Shown here piece by piece: positions 1-11,249 of a stretch of DNA of 64,000 nt (the first letter of the stretch is position 1; every line of letters starts with the position of its first letter). Origin of the DNA: Mobula hypostoma (Eukaryota). Location of the stretch: positions 114,888,001-114,952,000 of the forward strand of contig NC_086097.1 in assembly GCF_963921235.1 (NCBI RefSeq). The letters run 5' to 3'. Both the position numbers and the translations under genes were made by a program. The notes under the pieces were generated by a model. It saw nothing but the letters and a program-made list of their open reading frames with translations, was not told the origin of the DNA and made no database searches.

Positions 1-455
1 CCTAAGGAATGGAAAATAGATTTCAACTTAGATAAGTGTGAGGTGATGCATTTTGAATAGTCAACCCAGGATAGGACTTATATCATGAATGGCAGGACAC
101 TGACTGGTGTTGTGGAACAAAGGGACCTGGGAGAACAAGTGCACATCTGCCAAAAGAAGGGCCTTGAAGAAGGTTCTCAGCCCAAATCATCGACAATTTA
201 CTCTTTTCCATTGATGCTACCTGGCCTGCTGAGTTCCTCCAGCATTTTGTGTGTGTTGGTTAGCTGAAACCAACTGCTGAAGTAGATAGGGTGGTGAAGA
301 AGCTATTTAACATATTGGACTTTATCAGAAAGGGCATTGATTTTAGAGGTAAGGACATTATATTGCATAATTCTTTAGTGAGGCCAAACTTGGTATACTT
401 GGTACAGTTTGGAGGGTATGGCAACTGGGGTGGCTTATAGAATGTTGCAGTTGGC
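1..455 (+). mobile_element. Highly degenerate CR1 LINE RT C-terminal fragment with a short Penelope-tail piece inside (~150-260)
   Basis: DKCEVMHF-like coding remnants at 30-55; 205-260 resembles the Penelope tail at 2990-3036. Confidence 0.6.
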
Positions 456-1692
456 ATAGTTCAGTTATGCCAAAGTGTGTGCATAATGGTGTGTGCTATA
501 TGCTCTATAATGGTGCAGTCTGTCCTTGTAACTCTTCTTTGTGGAAATAGCAAGCAGGATAGACAAAGGAGAATCATTGGATGTTGTTTACTTGGATTCC
601 CAGGCCTTTGACAAGATGCTGCACATGCGGCTGCTTCACAAGTTAAGAACACATGGTTTTACAGGAAAGGTACTAGCATGGATAAAGGATTGGCTGATTG
701 GCAGGAGGCAAAGAGTGGAAATAAAGGGAGATTTTTCTGGTTGGCTGCTGGTAATTAGTTATGTTCCACAGGGGTCTGCGTTGGGACCAATACAATTTAC
801 ATTATAGCTCAGTTACTTGGATGACAGTATTGATGGCTTTGTCGCCAGATTTGCAGATGATACAAAGTTAAGTCGAGGAGCAAGTAGTGTTGAGGAGGCA
901 GGGAGTCTGCAGAAGGTCTTAGACAGGTTGGGACAGGGGTCCCCAACCTTTTTTGCACCGCGGACCGGTTTAATATTGACAATATTCTTGCGACCAGCCG
1001 ATGGGGGTGGGGGGGGGTTGTTAATCACGATCGGAATGTAGGTGAAACTATGTCACTTATAAGTGGCTAATAATACACTCAATTTCGTTTCTAAAAGGGT
1101 TTATCTAATGAATTTAGTATTAAACACATAGTGCAAATTTTCCTCCCATGAACATAGTGATAAGTCAATTATAAGTCACTTATAAGTCAATAGCATCATA
1201 ACATTTTAAGTAACGTTTGGATATTAAACACACAGCACATACTTTCCTCATATGAACATATAAAATCATTGCAACAAACCAATATTGGTGAATCAGTGGG
1301 AGACTTAGGCTTGTTTCCCTGCAACAAGACGGTCCCATTGAGGGGTGATGGGAGACAGTGATACTCCAAAGGGATTCCTTATGTCCAGTCTATTCCGCAA
1401 TTTAGTTTTCGTTGCATTCATTGCAGAAAATCCTGCTTCACAGAGATACAATGTTGCAAATGGAAGCAACATTTTCGGTGCTTTCGTAGCTATCTCTGGA
1501 TATTCAACTCTGCTCTTAAACGCATCTCCCCCATTTCACGTACATCTGCTCTCACTCCATCCTCCCGCCACCCCATGAGGAATAGGGTTCCCCTGGTCCT
1601 CACCTATAACCCCACCAGCCTCCGGGTCTAACATGTTATTCTCCGTAACTTCCGCCACCTCCAACGGGATCCCACCACTAAGCACAGCTTTC

Positions 1693-2116
1693 CCATAAGA
1701 CCATAAGACCATAAGACAAAGGAGCAGAAGTAGACCATTCGGCCCATCGAGTCTGCTCCACCATTTTATCATGAGCTGATCCATTTTATCCTATTTAGTC
1801 CCACTGCCCCACCTTCTCACCATAACCTTTGATGCCCTGGCTACTCAGATACCTATCAATCTCTGCCTTAAATACACCCAATGACTTGGCCTCCACTGCT
1901 GCCCGTGGCAACAAATTCCATAGATTCACTACCCTCTGACTAAAAAAATTTCTTCGCATTTCTGTTCTGAAAGGGCGCCCTTCAATCCTGAAGTCATGCT
2001 CTCTCGTACTAGACTCCCCCATCATGGGAAACAACTTTGCCACATCCACTCTGTCCGTGCCTTTTAACATTCGAAATGTTTCTATGAGGTCTCCCCTCAT
2101 TCTTCTAAACTCCAAG
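1693..2116 (-). mobile_element. CR1 3' end inserted into the Penelope element
   Basis: ORF 1795-2115 EFRRMRGDLIETF...FFSQRVVNLWNLLP; (TCTTATGG)n tail. Confidence 0.9.
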
Positions 2117-2938
2117 GTTTAGAATCTTTCCCTCCCCCCCGCCTCTGCATTCCGCAGGGATCGCTCCCTACGCGACTCCCTTGTCCATTCATCCCCCCCA
2201 TCCCTCCCCACTGATCTCCCTCCTGACACTTATCCGTGTAAGCGGAACAAGTGCTACACATGCCCTTACACTTCCTCCCTTACCACCATTCAGGGCCCCA
2301 AACAGTCCTTCCAGGTGAGGAAACACTTCACCTGTGAGTCGGCTGGGGTGATATACTGCGTTCGGTGCTTCCGATGTGGCCTTTTATATATTGGCGAGAC
2401 CCGACGCAGATTGGCAGACCGCTTTGCTGAACACCTACGCTCTGTCCGCTAGAGAAAGTAGGATCTCCCAGTGGCCACACATTTTAATTCCACATCCCAT
2501 TCCCATTCTGACATGTCTATCCACGGCCTCCTCTACTGTAAAGATGAAGCCACACTCAGGTTGGAGGAACAACACCTTATATTCCGTCTGGGTAGCCTCC
2601 AACCTGATGGCATGAACATCGACTTCTCTAACTTCCGCTAATGCCCCACCTCCCCCTTGTACCCCATCTGTTACTTATTTTTATACACACATTCTTTCTC
2701 TCACTCTCCTTTTTCTCCCTCTGTCCCTCTGAATATACCTCTTGCCCATCCTTTGGGTAACCGTCCCCCTCCTTGTCTTTCTTCCCAGACCTCCTGTCCC
2801 ATGATCCTCTCTTATCCATTTTGCCTATCACCTGTCCAGCTCTTGGCTCCATCCCTCCCCCTCCTGTCTTCTCCTATCATTTTGGATCTCCCCCTCCCCC
2901 TCCAGCTTTCAAATCCCTTACTCACTCTTCCTTCAGTT

Positions 2939-2974
2939 AGTCCTGACGAAGGGTCTCGGCCTGAAACGTCGACT
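2939..2974 (+). ncRNA. Minimal type I hammerhead ribozyme motif in the Penelope 3' terminal region
   Basis: AGTC-CTGACGA-A-GGGT(CTCG)GCCT-GAAA-CGTC^GACT: CUGANGA and GAAA cores, stem II, GUC triplet, stem I AGTC/GACT. Confidence 0.7.
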
Positions 2975-3219
2975 GCACCTCTTCCTAGAGATGCTGCCTG
3001 GCTTGCTGCCTTCACCAGCAACTTTTATGTGTGTTGTCAGGATATTCAGCCTTGACTTTGATCCAGAATGCCGGCAGAGATGTTATGTGAAACATACTTT
3101 TCAGCCCACCGTCATTTGCAAGCTTGAGGAGTTGATCTTCTTCCTGCTCTGGCATGGATGATTCACCGGGAACATTTACAAATGGGTCACGGTCCCATTC
3201 CTTTGCACGTCTTGGATCA

Positions 3220-3887
3220 GGAGGGAGGAGAAGATGGTGGCATGACGCAGCATGTGTGGCCGTTCCAAATGAATATTGATTATGTGTAACTAGGGGGCTG
3301 TGCACAATCCGGATTTGATGGGGACAGCCGTGAGAAGCGCAGAGGAACATCTGCAGTAACTTCTGAAATGCCTGCTTCGCTGCCGCTACCACTGTGCAAT
3401 CCAGAATCTCCGGAGGCAAAGTTTCCAAATCCTCGGCTTTGCCTATCACCTGTTGCCGGGGTCAGGGTTGAAGCGCTCGCCAGAGATGGTGCTCGGTGCT
3501 CGGTGTCGAATAGGTGGCCGGAGGCTCGGCGTTTTTGGACGGACTCAGAGTCGGACAGTGGTCAGATGCTTCCAGGATGCTGTATCGGCAAGTTGGCGGC
3601 GCTGGAGGTTTACTGCCTGCGTGAGATGATGGGACTTTCAAGAGACTTTGAGACTTTTACTGTGCCATGGTCTGTTCTTATCAAATTATGGTATTACTTT
3701 ACACTGTTGTAACTATATGTTATAATTATGTGGTTTTTGTTAGTTTTTAAGTTGGTTTGTCAGGTGTTTTCGTGATATCATTCTGGAAAAACATTGCATC
3801 ATTTCTTAATGCATGCATTACTAAATGACAATAAAAGGGGACTGCGTGCCCTCATAATCATAATTATAATCATAATAATCATAATCA
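3220..3887 (+). mobile_element. Non-coding retroposon (SINE-like) inserted in the hAT transposase
   Basis: Starts GGAGGGAGGAGAAGATGG and ends AATAAA...(ATAATC)n; hAT coding sequence rejoins across it with an ATCA duplication. Confidence 0.65.
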
Positions 3888-6165
3888 TTTGCTGTTGGGA
3901 AGTAACGCTCGAATTTTGTCGACACCGAAGTTAGGTGATTGCGCACCAGCTGTGAGAAGGAGGTGCAGCCTCAGTCTCTCCCAAAATCCCAGTTAATGTT
4001 GGGAATAAGTCAAATATGCCCCTGTCCACTCGCCGTCCCCACAGTTCCAGTTTGGCTTTGAAAGCAGACACTTTATCGCCAACTTGAAGACAGTTGACAT
4101 TCTCCCCTGAAGTAACAAACTGAGTTCATTGAGCAGGTTGAAGATGTCACACAGATAGCCACTAAGTACGATGCTCTCAGAGCAGCAGCATTTGTGGAAA
4201 TGGTGGCTCTCAGCACTTGCTTCTGTCCCGCTTGCTCACGTTTTTTCCTCTCAAAAAACTCAACTTAAGTACAGGGTGTTGGACTCAAGGTACTGAAGCA
4301 GTTTTGAGGCCTTCATTGCCTCATTAGACAGCTTGTCTCCACATATCACACACAGGGGGCTTGGAGCGGGCGAGTCGCCGGTCGCAATAAAGCCATATTT
4401 TATGTACAACTCGTCATATTTTCTGTTGAAGAAAGCTTTCTTTTTTTTGCAGTCTCTGCCTCAGCTGTCTCTGCGTTATCATTATCGTTAGGCCTTTTAT
4501 GTCCTCTTCCACCTCTTCCAAAGAAACTCTCAAGCGACGTTTGTTTTTTACTCATATGGACTGATGACCTCGCGTGCTTAATGACCTTGCGTACGTTCAA
4601 GTTCAACAGTGGACGTGACAGGGAATGAGGAAAGGTGCAGCTGACTCATATTGCTTCATACCGCCAAATAATATCGTTTCCTCGTGGCCCAGTACCGGTC
4701 CGCGGCCCGGTGGTTGGGGACCACTGGGTTAGGAGAATGGGCTACAAAGTGGAAGATGGAATATAGCGCAGGGGAGTGTTTAGTCATGTAGTGTTTGGAA
4801 GAAAGAACAAAAGCAGAGACTATTTTCAAAACAGACAGAAAATCCAAAAATGTGAGGTGCAAAGAGACTTGGGCATCCACATGCAGGATTCCCTTCAGGT
4901 TAAATTGCAGGTTGAATAGGTGGCAAAGAAATCAAATAGAAGTCACACATCCTTTGTCTCGGTCTGAAACGTGGACTGTACCTCTTCCTAGAGATGCTGC
5001 CTGGCCTGCTGCGTTCACCAGGGACTTTGATGTGTGTGGCTTGAATTTCCAGCTTCTGCAGATTTCTTCATGTTTGCGAAGGCAAATAGAATGTTAGTAT
5101 TCATTTTGGGAGGACTAGAATATAAAAGCAAGGATGTAATGCTCAGGCTTTTTAAGGCATTGGTGAGGCCTCACTTGGAGTATTGTGAGCAGGTTTGGGC
5201 TCTTATCTAAGAAAGGATGTGCTGACGTAGGAGAGGTTTCAGAGGAAGGCCATGAGAATAATTTCAGGATTGAAAGGCTTATCATAAGAAGAGCATTTGG
5301 TGGGTTCTGGATCTGAACTCACTGGAATTTTGAAGAATAAAGGGGATCTCATTGAAACCTATTGAATGTTGAAAGGGCTAGATAGCGTGGATGTGGAGAG
5401 GCTGTTTCCAATAGTGAGGGAATCTAGGACTAGAGGCACAACCACAGAATAGAGGGACGCCCATTTAGAGTGGAGATGAGGATGAATTTCTTTAAGCTGA
5501 GAGTGGTGAAGCGGTGGAATTTGTTGCCACAGGCAATACTATGTGTCAGCCAGGTCACTCATTTCACATTATGGCTTTGGTATTTTTGTTTGTCTTTCTG
5601 TTTAACAATATATGTGTTGGATTTTCACATTTGGTAAGCTACAAGCTATATACACTCCATGGCCACTCTGAGCTCTGGGCACTGAGCTGATTTGAACAGC
5701 TTGAGATTGGCTTCAGACTGGGCAGCAAAATCTGGGCCTGGAGCAAGTCACTGGTTGGCGTAACCGAGGCTGGGAGCCTTTTGCTGCAGTAATGCCCTGG
5801 TCGTAGTGCAAGGTAAGGTATGCTGTTTAGAGCATTTAAATACCGACCCAGATTGGAGGTGAGATCTGATTTTGTTTGCTCCCCCTGATGTTCTTTGCTC
5901 TCTCCAGAGTGCTGGAGCATTTCGCTGTTCTGCTGTTTGATCAATTTAAACACCGGCCCAGAAAGTCTGAGAAGACAGACTGTTGGGATCCAGAGCAAGA
6001 GCCGATTTTGCTTGTTATCTATGATGGTCACTCCTCTCTCTCTATGGCGCTGAAGCTATGAAGACTCTCCCAGTTGTTGTGCTCCATGCCTGCAAGTATG
6101 ATGAACTGATAAGGGAGACTTTGTGCCTACACTAGGGCTGCTCTACAGTTCAGGTCTGAGGACTC

Positions 6166-6187
6166 TTTCTCTCTCTATATATATATA

Positions 6188-6232
<45 letters not shown>

Positions 6233-6260
6233 GGGGGGAGAGAGAGAGCAAGAGAGGGAG
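6166..6260. repeat. Compound microsatellite (CT)n(AT)n(GT)n(GA)n
   Basis: Seen directly. Confidence 0.95.
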
Positions 6261-6949
6261 AAATAAATATGTATTTATTCACCATCCTATGCTAGAGTCC
6301 TTGGTGCGATTCAGTAGTATTTCAATGCCTTTTACAGAGGCATTTCATTAACATGTGGATAAGTAGCTAATGGGTATAATGGATTCATTTACACTTTTCA
6401 AGCCTTTGCATCAGAATGCAAGAACAATTCCACTGACTGCATTCTGGCTCAGTTTACTACATTGCTTCAATGTTAAATGTGCTGACAAATCATCGGCTAA
6501 TGAACTATAAAATACCGAGTCTAATTTAAATAGCTTAAATCTGAAAAGTTGTGTGGTAGCAAACAACAACTCCTGTTGTTGGTAATGTTTCTCTCTTGAA
6601 GGCTTAAATAGACCAATGAAACTTGCCAGAAATGCACTAACATATAACTATTATAAGTCTTTATTAATTTACCCAGCAAACAGAGGCATTTTAGAATTGT
6701 GGAAACATTATTTGTAAATGAATAAGAAGAGGATTTAATTAATTTTAATTTGTACTGAAAGTTCTTGGGAAATGAATTGGCCATTAGAAGTAATGAATGA
6801 AGCTGAATCCTGAATAACTGTTTTTTCTTGAATTTACTTTCTTGAAGCTAACAGTTTAGAAAATGATTCTGAATGTGCTGAGAAAGAACTTAGAGTAGCT
6901 GATGCCTTAAGAAGATAACATCCATCAGGGCATGCTCTCTTCTTATTAT

Positions 6950-7418
6950 GGAAAAGGCTTGGCATTCAGTTTTTAAAGCATCTGCTGATCATGAAAATCT
7001 AACACCAGAAAAAGTCTACAAGTGCTGATTGTTCTTATAGCTTACATAAAACCTAAAAAAATGCTAAGATACAAACATAGCGTCCTTTTAAATCAAAACA
7101 CGGCATTGTAGGAGGAGAGTGAAAGCCTGTTGTTGTTTGTTCTTGTTCAACAGCTGATTCAGGTTTTCTCCTGATGCTGCTTTCGTTACCCTGCACACAT
7201 TATATTTTTATTATATCAATGGCATGTAATAATTTTTACTGTTAGGTAAATATGTGCAATGAACAAGGGTAAGACTGCTTACCAGTAGCACAGAAAATCA
7301 GAGTCAGAAATAATGGCGATCGCAAGCTTATATATTATATAAGCCAAAATTCGAAAAAACCCGAAATACAAAACATTTCCACCCCAAGCATTTCGGATAA
7401 AGAGTACTCAATTTGTAC
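6950..7418 (+). mobile_element. Tigger/pogo (Tigger4/Zombi-like) right-end fragment inside an L2/Rex-type tail
   Basis: Ends CCAAGCATTTCGGATAAAGAGTACTCAATTTG-TA; interior resembles the Tigger4 consensus as I recall it. Confidence 0.6.
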
Positions 7419-7585
7419 TACCATCAGAGAGAAAGTACAGTAGCCTCGAGAAACACAACAAATGTTTTAGGACCACCTTCTTCCCTCTGCCAACAACGGA
7501 TTTCTGAATGGACAATAAACCCATGAACAATATCTCACTAGTTTTGCTCCATTTGCACATTTTATTTAATTGTTGTTATCTTTAT

Positions 7586-10500
7586 ACACTCAGTGGCCAT
7601 TTAATTAGATTCCTCTGATACCTAATAAAGTGGCCACTAAGTGAATGTTCATGGTTTCAAATTAAAGAGACTTGGAGAGAGGAGGTTAGTTCACAACAGG
7701 GGGATGGGAACCAGTGCAGAGAGACAGAGGGGTGTAAAATGAGAGTAGAAGCAAAAAGTAGTAAGGTGAAAAGTAAAAGTGGCAGGCCGACAAATCCAGG
7801 GCAAAAATCAAAAAGGGCCACCCTTCAACATAATTGTATAAGGGCTAAGAGGGTAGTAAAAGCAAGCCTGAAGGTTTAGTGTGTCAATGCAAGGAGCATT
7901 CGTAACAAGGTGGATGAATTGAAAGTGCAGATTGTTATTAATGAATATGATATAGCTGGGATCACAGAGACATGGCTCCAGGGTGACCAAGGATGGGAGC
8001 TCAACATTCAGGGATATTCAATATTCAGGAGGGATAGACATGAAAGAAAAGGAGGTGGGGTAGCAGTGCTGGTTAGAGAGGAGATTAATGCAATAGAAAG
8101 GAAGGACATTAGCCGGGAGGATGTGGAATCGATATGGGTAGAGCTGCATAACACTAAAGGGCAGAAAACGCTGGTGGGAGTTGTGTACAGGCCACCTAAC
8201 AGTAGTAGTGAGGTTGGGGATGGCATTAAACAGGAAATTAGAAATGCGTGCAATAAAGGAACAGCAGTTATAACAGGTGACTTCAATCTACATATAGATT
8301 GGGCGAACCAAATTGGTAAGGGTGCTGAGGAAGAGGATTTCTTGGAATGTATGCAGGACAGTTTTTTGAACCAACATGTCGAGGAACCAACTAGAAGGCA
8401 GGCCATTCTAGACTGGGTTTTGAGCAATGAGGAAGGGTTAATTAGGAATCTTGTCGTGAGAGGCCCCTTGGGTAAGAGTGACCATAATATGGTGGAATTC
8501 TTCATTAAGATGGAGAGTGACATAGTTAATTCAGAAACAAAGGTTCTGAACTTAAAGAAGGGTAACTTTGAAGGTATGAGACGTGAATTAGCTAAGAGAG
8601 GGTGGCAAATGATACTTAAAGGGTTGATGGTGGATATGCAATGGCAAGCATTTAAAGATCGCATGGATGAACTACAGCAATTGTTCATCCCAGTTTAGCA
8701 AAAGAATAAACCAGGGAAGGTAGTGTACCCGTGGCTGACAAGGGAAATTAAGGATAGTATCAATTCCAAAGAAGAAGCATACAAATTAGCCAGAAAAAGC
8801 GGCTCACCTGAGGACTGGGAGAAATTCAGAGTCCAGCAGAGGAGGACAAATGGCTTAATTAGGAAAGGGAAAAGAGATTATGAGACAAAACTGACAGGGA
8901 ACATAAAAACTGACTGCAAAAGCTTCTATAGATACGTGAAAAGAAAAAATATTGGTTAAGGCAAATGCAGGTCCCTTACAGACAGAAACAGGTGAATTGA
9001 TTATGGGGAACAAGGACATGGCAGACCAATTGAAAACTACTTTGGTTCTGTCTTCACTAAGGAGGACATAAATAATCTTCCGGAAATAGTAGGGGACAGA
9101 GGGTCTAGTGAGATGGAGGAACTGAGGGAAATACATGTTAGTAGGGAAGTGGTGTTAGGTAAATAGAAGGGATTAAAGGCAGATAAATCCCCAGGGCCAG
9201 ATGGTCTGCATCCCAGAGTGCTTAAGGAAGTAGCCCAAGAAATAGTGGATGCATTAGTGATAATTTTTCAAAACTCTTTAGATTCTGGACTAGTTCCTGA
9301 CGATTGGAAGGTGGCTAATGTAACCCTGCTTTTTAAAAAAGGAGGGAGGGAGAAACCGGGGAATTATAGACCAGTTAGCCTAATATCAGTTGTGGGGAAA
9401 ATGCTAGAGTCAGTTATCAAAGATGTGATAACAGCACATTTGGAAAGCAGTGAAATCATCGGACAAAGTCAGCATGTATTTGTGAAAGGAAAATCATGTC
9501 TGACAAATCTCATAGAATTTTTTGAGGATGTAACTAGTAGAGTGGATAGGGGAGAACCAGTGGATGTGGTATATTTGGATTTTCAAAAGGCTTTTGACAA
9601 GGTCCCACACAGGAGATTAGTGTGCAAACTTAAAGCACACGGTATTGGGGGTAAGGTATTTATGTGGATAGAGAATTGGTTGGCAGACAGGAAGCAAAGA
9701 GAGGGAATAAACGGGACCTTTTCAGAATGGCAGGCAGTGACTAGTGGGGTACCGCAAGGCTCAGTGCTGGGACCCCAGTTATTTACAATATATATTAATG
9801 ACTTAGATGAGAGAATTAAATGCAGCATCTCCAAGTTTGCGGATGACACAAAGCTGGGCGGCAGTGTTAGCTGTGAGGAGGATGCTAAGATTGAGGGGGG
9901 ATCTTATTGAAATTTATAAAATCCTAATGGGATTGGACAGGCTAGATGCAGGAAGATTGTTCCCGATGTTGGGGAAGTCCAGAACGAGGGGTCACAGTTT
10001 GAGGATAAGGAAGGAGCCTTTTAGGACTGAGATGAGGAAAAACTTCTTCACACAGAGAGTGGTGAATCTGTGGAATTCTCTGCCACAGGAAACAGTTGAG
10101 GCCAGTTCAATGGCTATATTTAAGAGGGAGTTAGATATGGCCCTTGTGGCTAAAGGGATCAGAGGGTATGGAGGGAAGGCTTGTATAGGGTTCTGAGTTG
10201 GATGATCAGCCATGATCATACTGAATGGCGGTGCAGGCTCGAAGGGCCGAATGGCCTACTCCTGCACTTATTTTCTATGTTTCTATGTTTCTTTGTTTTC
10301 TGCTGCTGTAGCCCATTTAGTTTAAGGTTCAACATCCTGGGTGTTCAGAACTGCTCTTCTACACACCACTGTTTTAAAGCATCATTATTTGAGTCACTGT
10401 TACCTTCCTGACAGCTTGAATTCTCCTCTGACCTCTGCCATTAACAAAGCACTTTTCACCCATAGAACTGCTACTCACTGGATAACTTTTGCTTTCGGTA

Positions 10501-10965
10501 TCATTTCTGTAAACTCTAGAAACTTCTGTGCATGATCAGCAGTTTCCAACATACACAAACTACCCCTGGCACCGACAATTATTCCGTGATCAAAGTCACT
10601 TAGGTCACATTTCTTTCCCATTCTGAGGTTTGTTCTGAACAACAACTGAATGTATTCATCCTCTCTGCATGTTTTTATGCAATGGGTTGCTGCCACATCA
10701 TTGGCTGATTAGACATTTGCACTAGATATACCTAATGTAAATATCTAATCAACCAATCATATCGTAACAACTCAATGCATAAAGGCATAAGTGATTTTGT
10801 CCATGGAATGAGCAGCAGTTCTGTGGGAGAAAATGCCTTGTTAATGAGAGAGGTCAGAGGAGAATGGCCAGACTGGTTCAAACTGACCGGAAGACGACAA
10901 TAACTCAATTAACCATAGATTACAACAGCGGTGTAAAGCATAGCATCTCTGAATGCACAAAACTT
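7586..10965. mobile_element. Rearranged Tc1/mariner remnant interrupted by a CR1 (7657-10292)
   Basis: TA-CACTCAGTGGCC end; MGKKCDLSDFDHGIIVGAR on the minus strand (~10570-10622); CGRKCLVNERGQRRMARLV on the plus strand (~10820-10880). Confidence 0.7.
7657..10292 (+). mobile_element. CR1 LINE, 5'-truncated, ORF2 (APE endonuclease + RT) with stops and an internal deletion
   Basis: [48 protein letters not shown]; (TTTCTATG)n tail. Confidence 0.95.
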
Positions 10966-11249
10966 TGCATGCCACAGTTCCTGAGGAAACATTCGATTGC
11001 GTATCGGGAGAGAGTTTAAAAGAAGCAAGCAGGAGCAGTTGTCACATTTTGCATGCCATAGTTCCCAAGGAGACATAGGTTTGTGCATAATTAGGCACTA
11101 GGCAAGGTCCAATTAAAAGAAGTTAGATTTAAGTGGAACAGCCATTGTAAGAATTTCCTTTATCTGATTTGGCCAGTGTTAGAGTGGGGAATTGAGGATT
11201 TTGGCTCATCAGGTCTTCAGCAACTGTAGGGGGGGGGTGGTGGATGACC

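Larger units (their letters stand above)
1507..3036 (+). mobile_element. Penelope-like element, 5'-truncated (RT thumb, GIY-YIG endonuclease, 3' terminal region)
   Basis: Translation YPCKRNKCYTCPY...HFTCESAGVIYCVRCFRCGLLYIGETRRRLADRFAEHL...GMNIDFSNFR*; flanking duplication TCTGGATATTCA (1495-1506) / TCAGGATATTCA (3037-3048). Confidence 0.85.
934..4726 (-). mobile_element. hAT (Charlie/Buster-like) DNA transposon, internally deleted, hosting nested insertions
   Basis: TIRs CAGGGGTCCCCAACC / GGTTGGGGACCACTG; 8-bp TSD GGTTGGGA (926-933) / GGTTAGGA (4727-4734); minus-strand remnants MSKKQTSLESFF and AFWIKVKAEYPEIATK..LLPFATLYLCEAGFS (hAT dimerisation domain). Confidence 0.9.
541..5535 (+). mobile_element. 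CR1 LINE ORF2 (RT) 3' fragment split by a hAT transposon and a short Penelope-tail insert (~4945-5078)
   Basis: DVVYLD..AFDK, VPQGSALGP and FADDTKL motifs at 541-925; the RT C-terminus resumes at 4727. Confidence 0.85.

Noticed and set aside
7040..7325. Apparent minus-strand leader exon (PLFLTLIFCAT|GTAAG), short intron and second exon, like an Ig/TCR V gene
   Set aside because: No ATG, the splice phase gives an immediate stop, no Ig motifs, and the stretch looks like a Tigger end
8008..8688. Long antisense ORFs over CR1 ORF2 (also 58124-58528, 59327-60103, 62953-63555)
   Set aside because: Shadow frames of the same repeat family; recurrence reflects shared ancestry, not a separate gene
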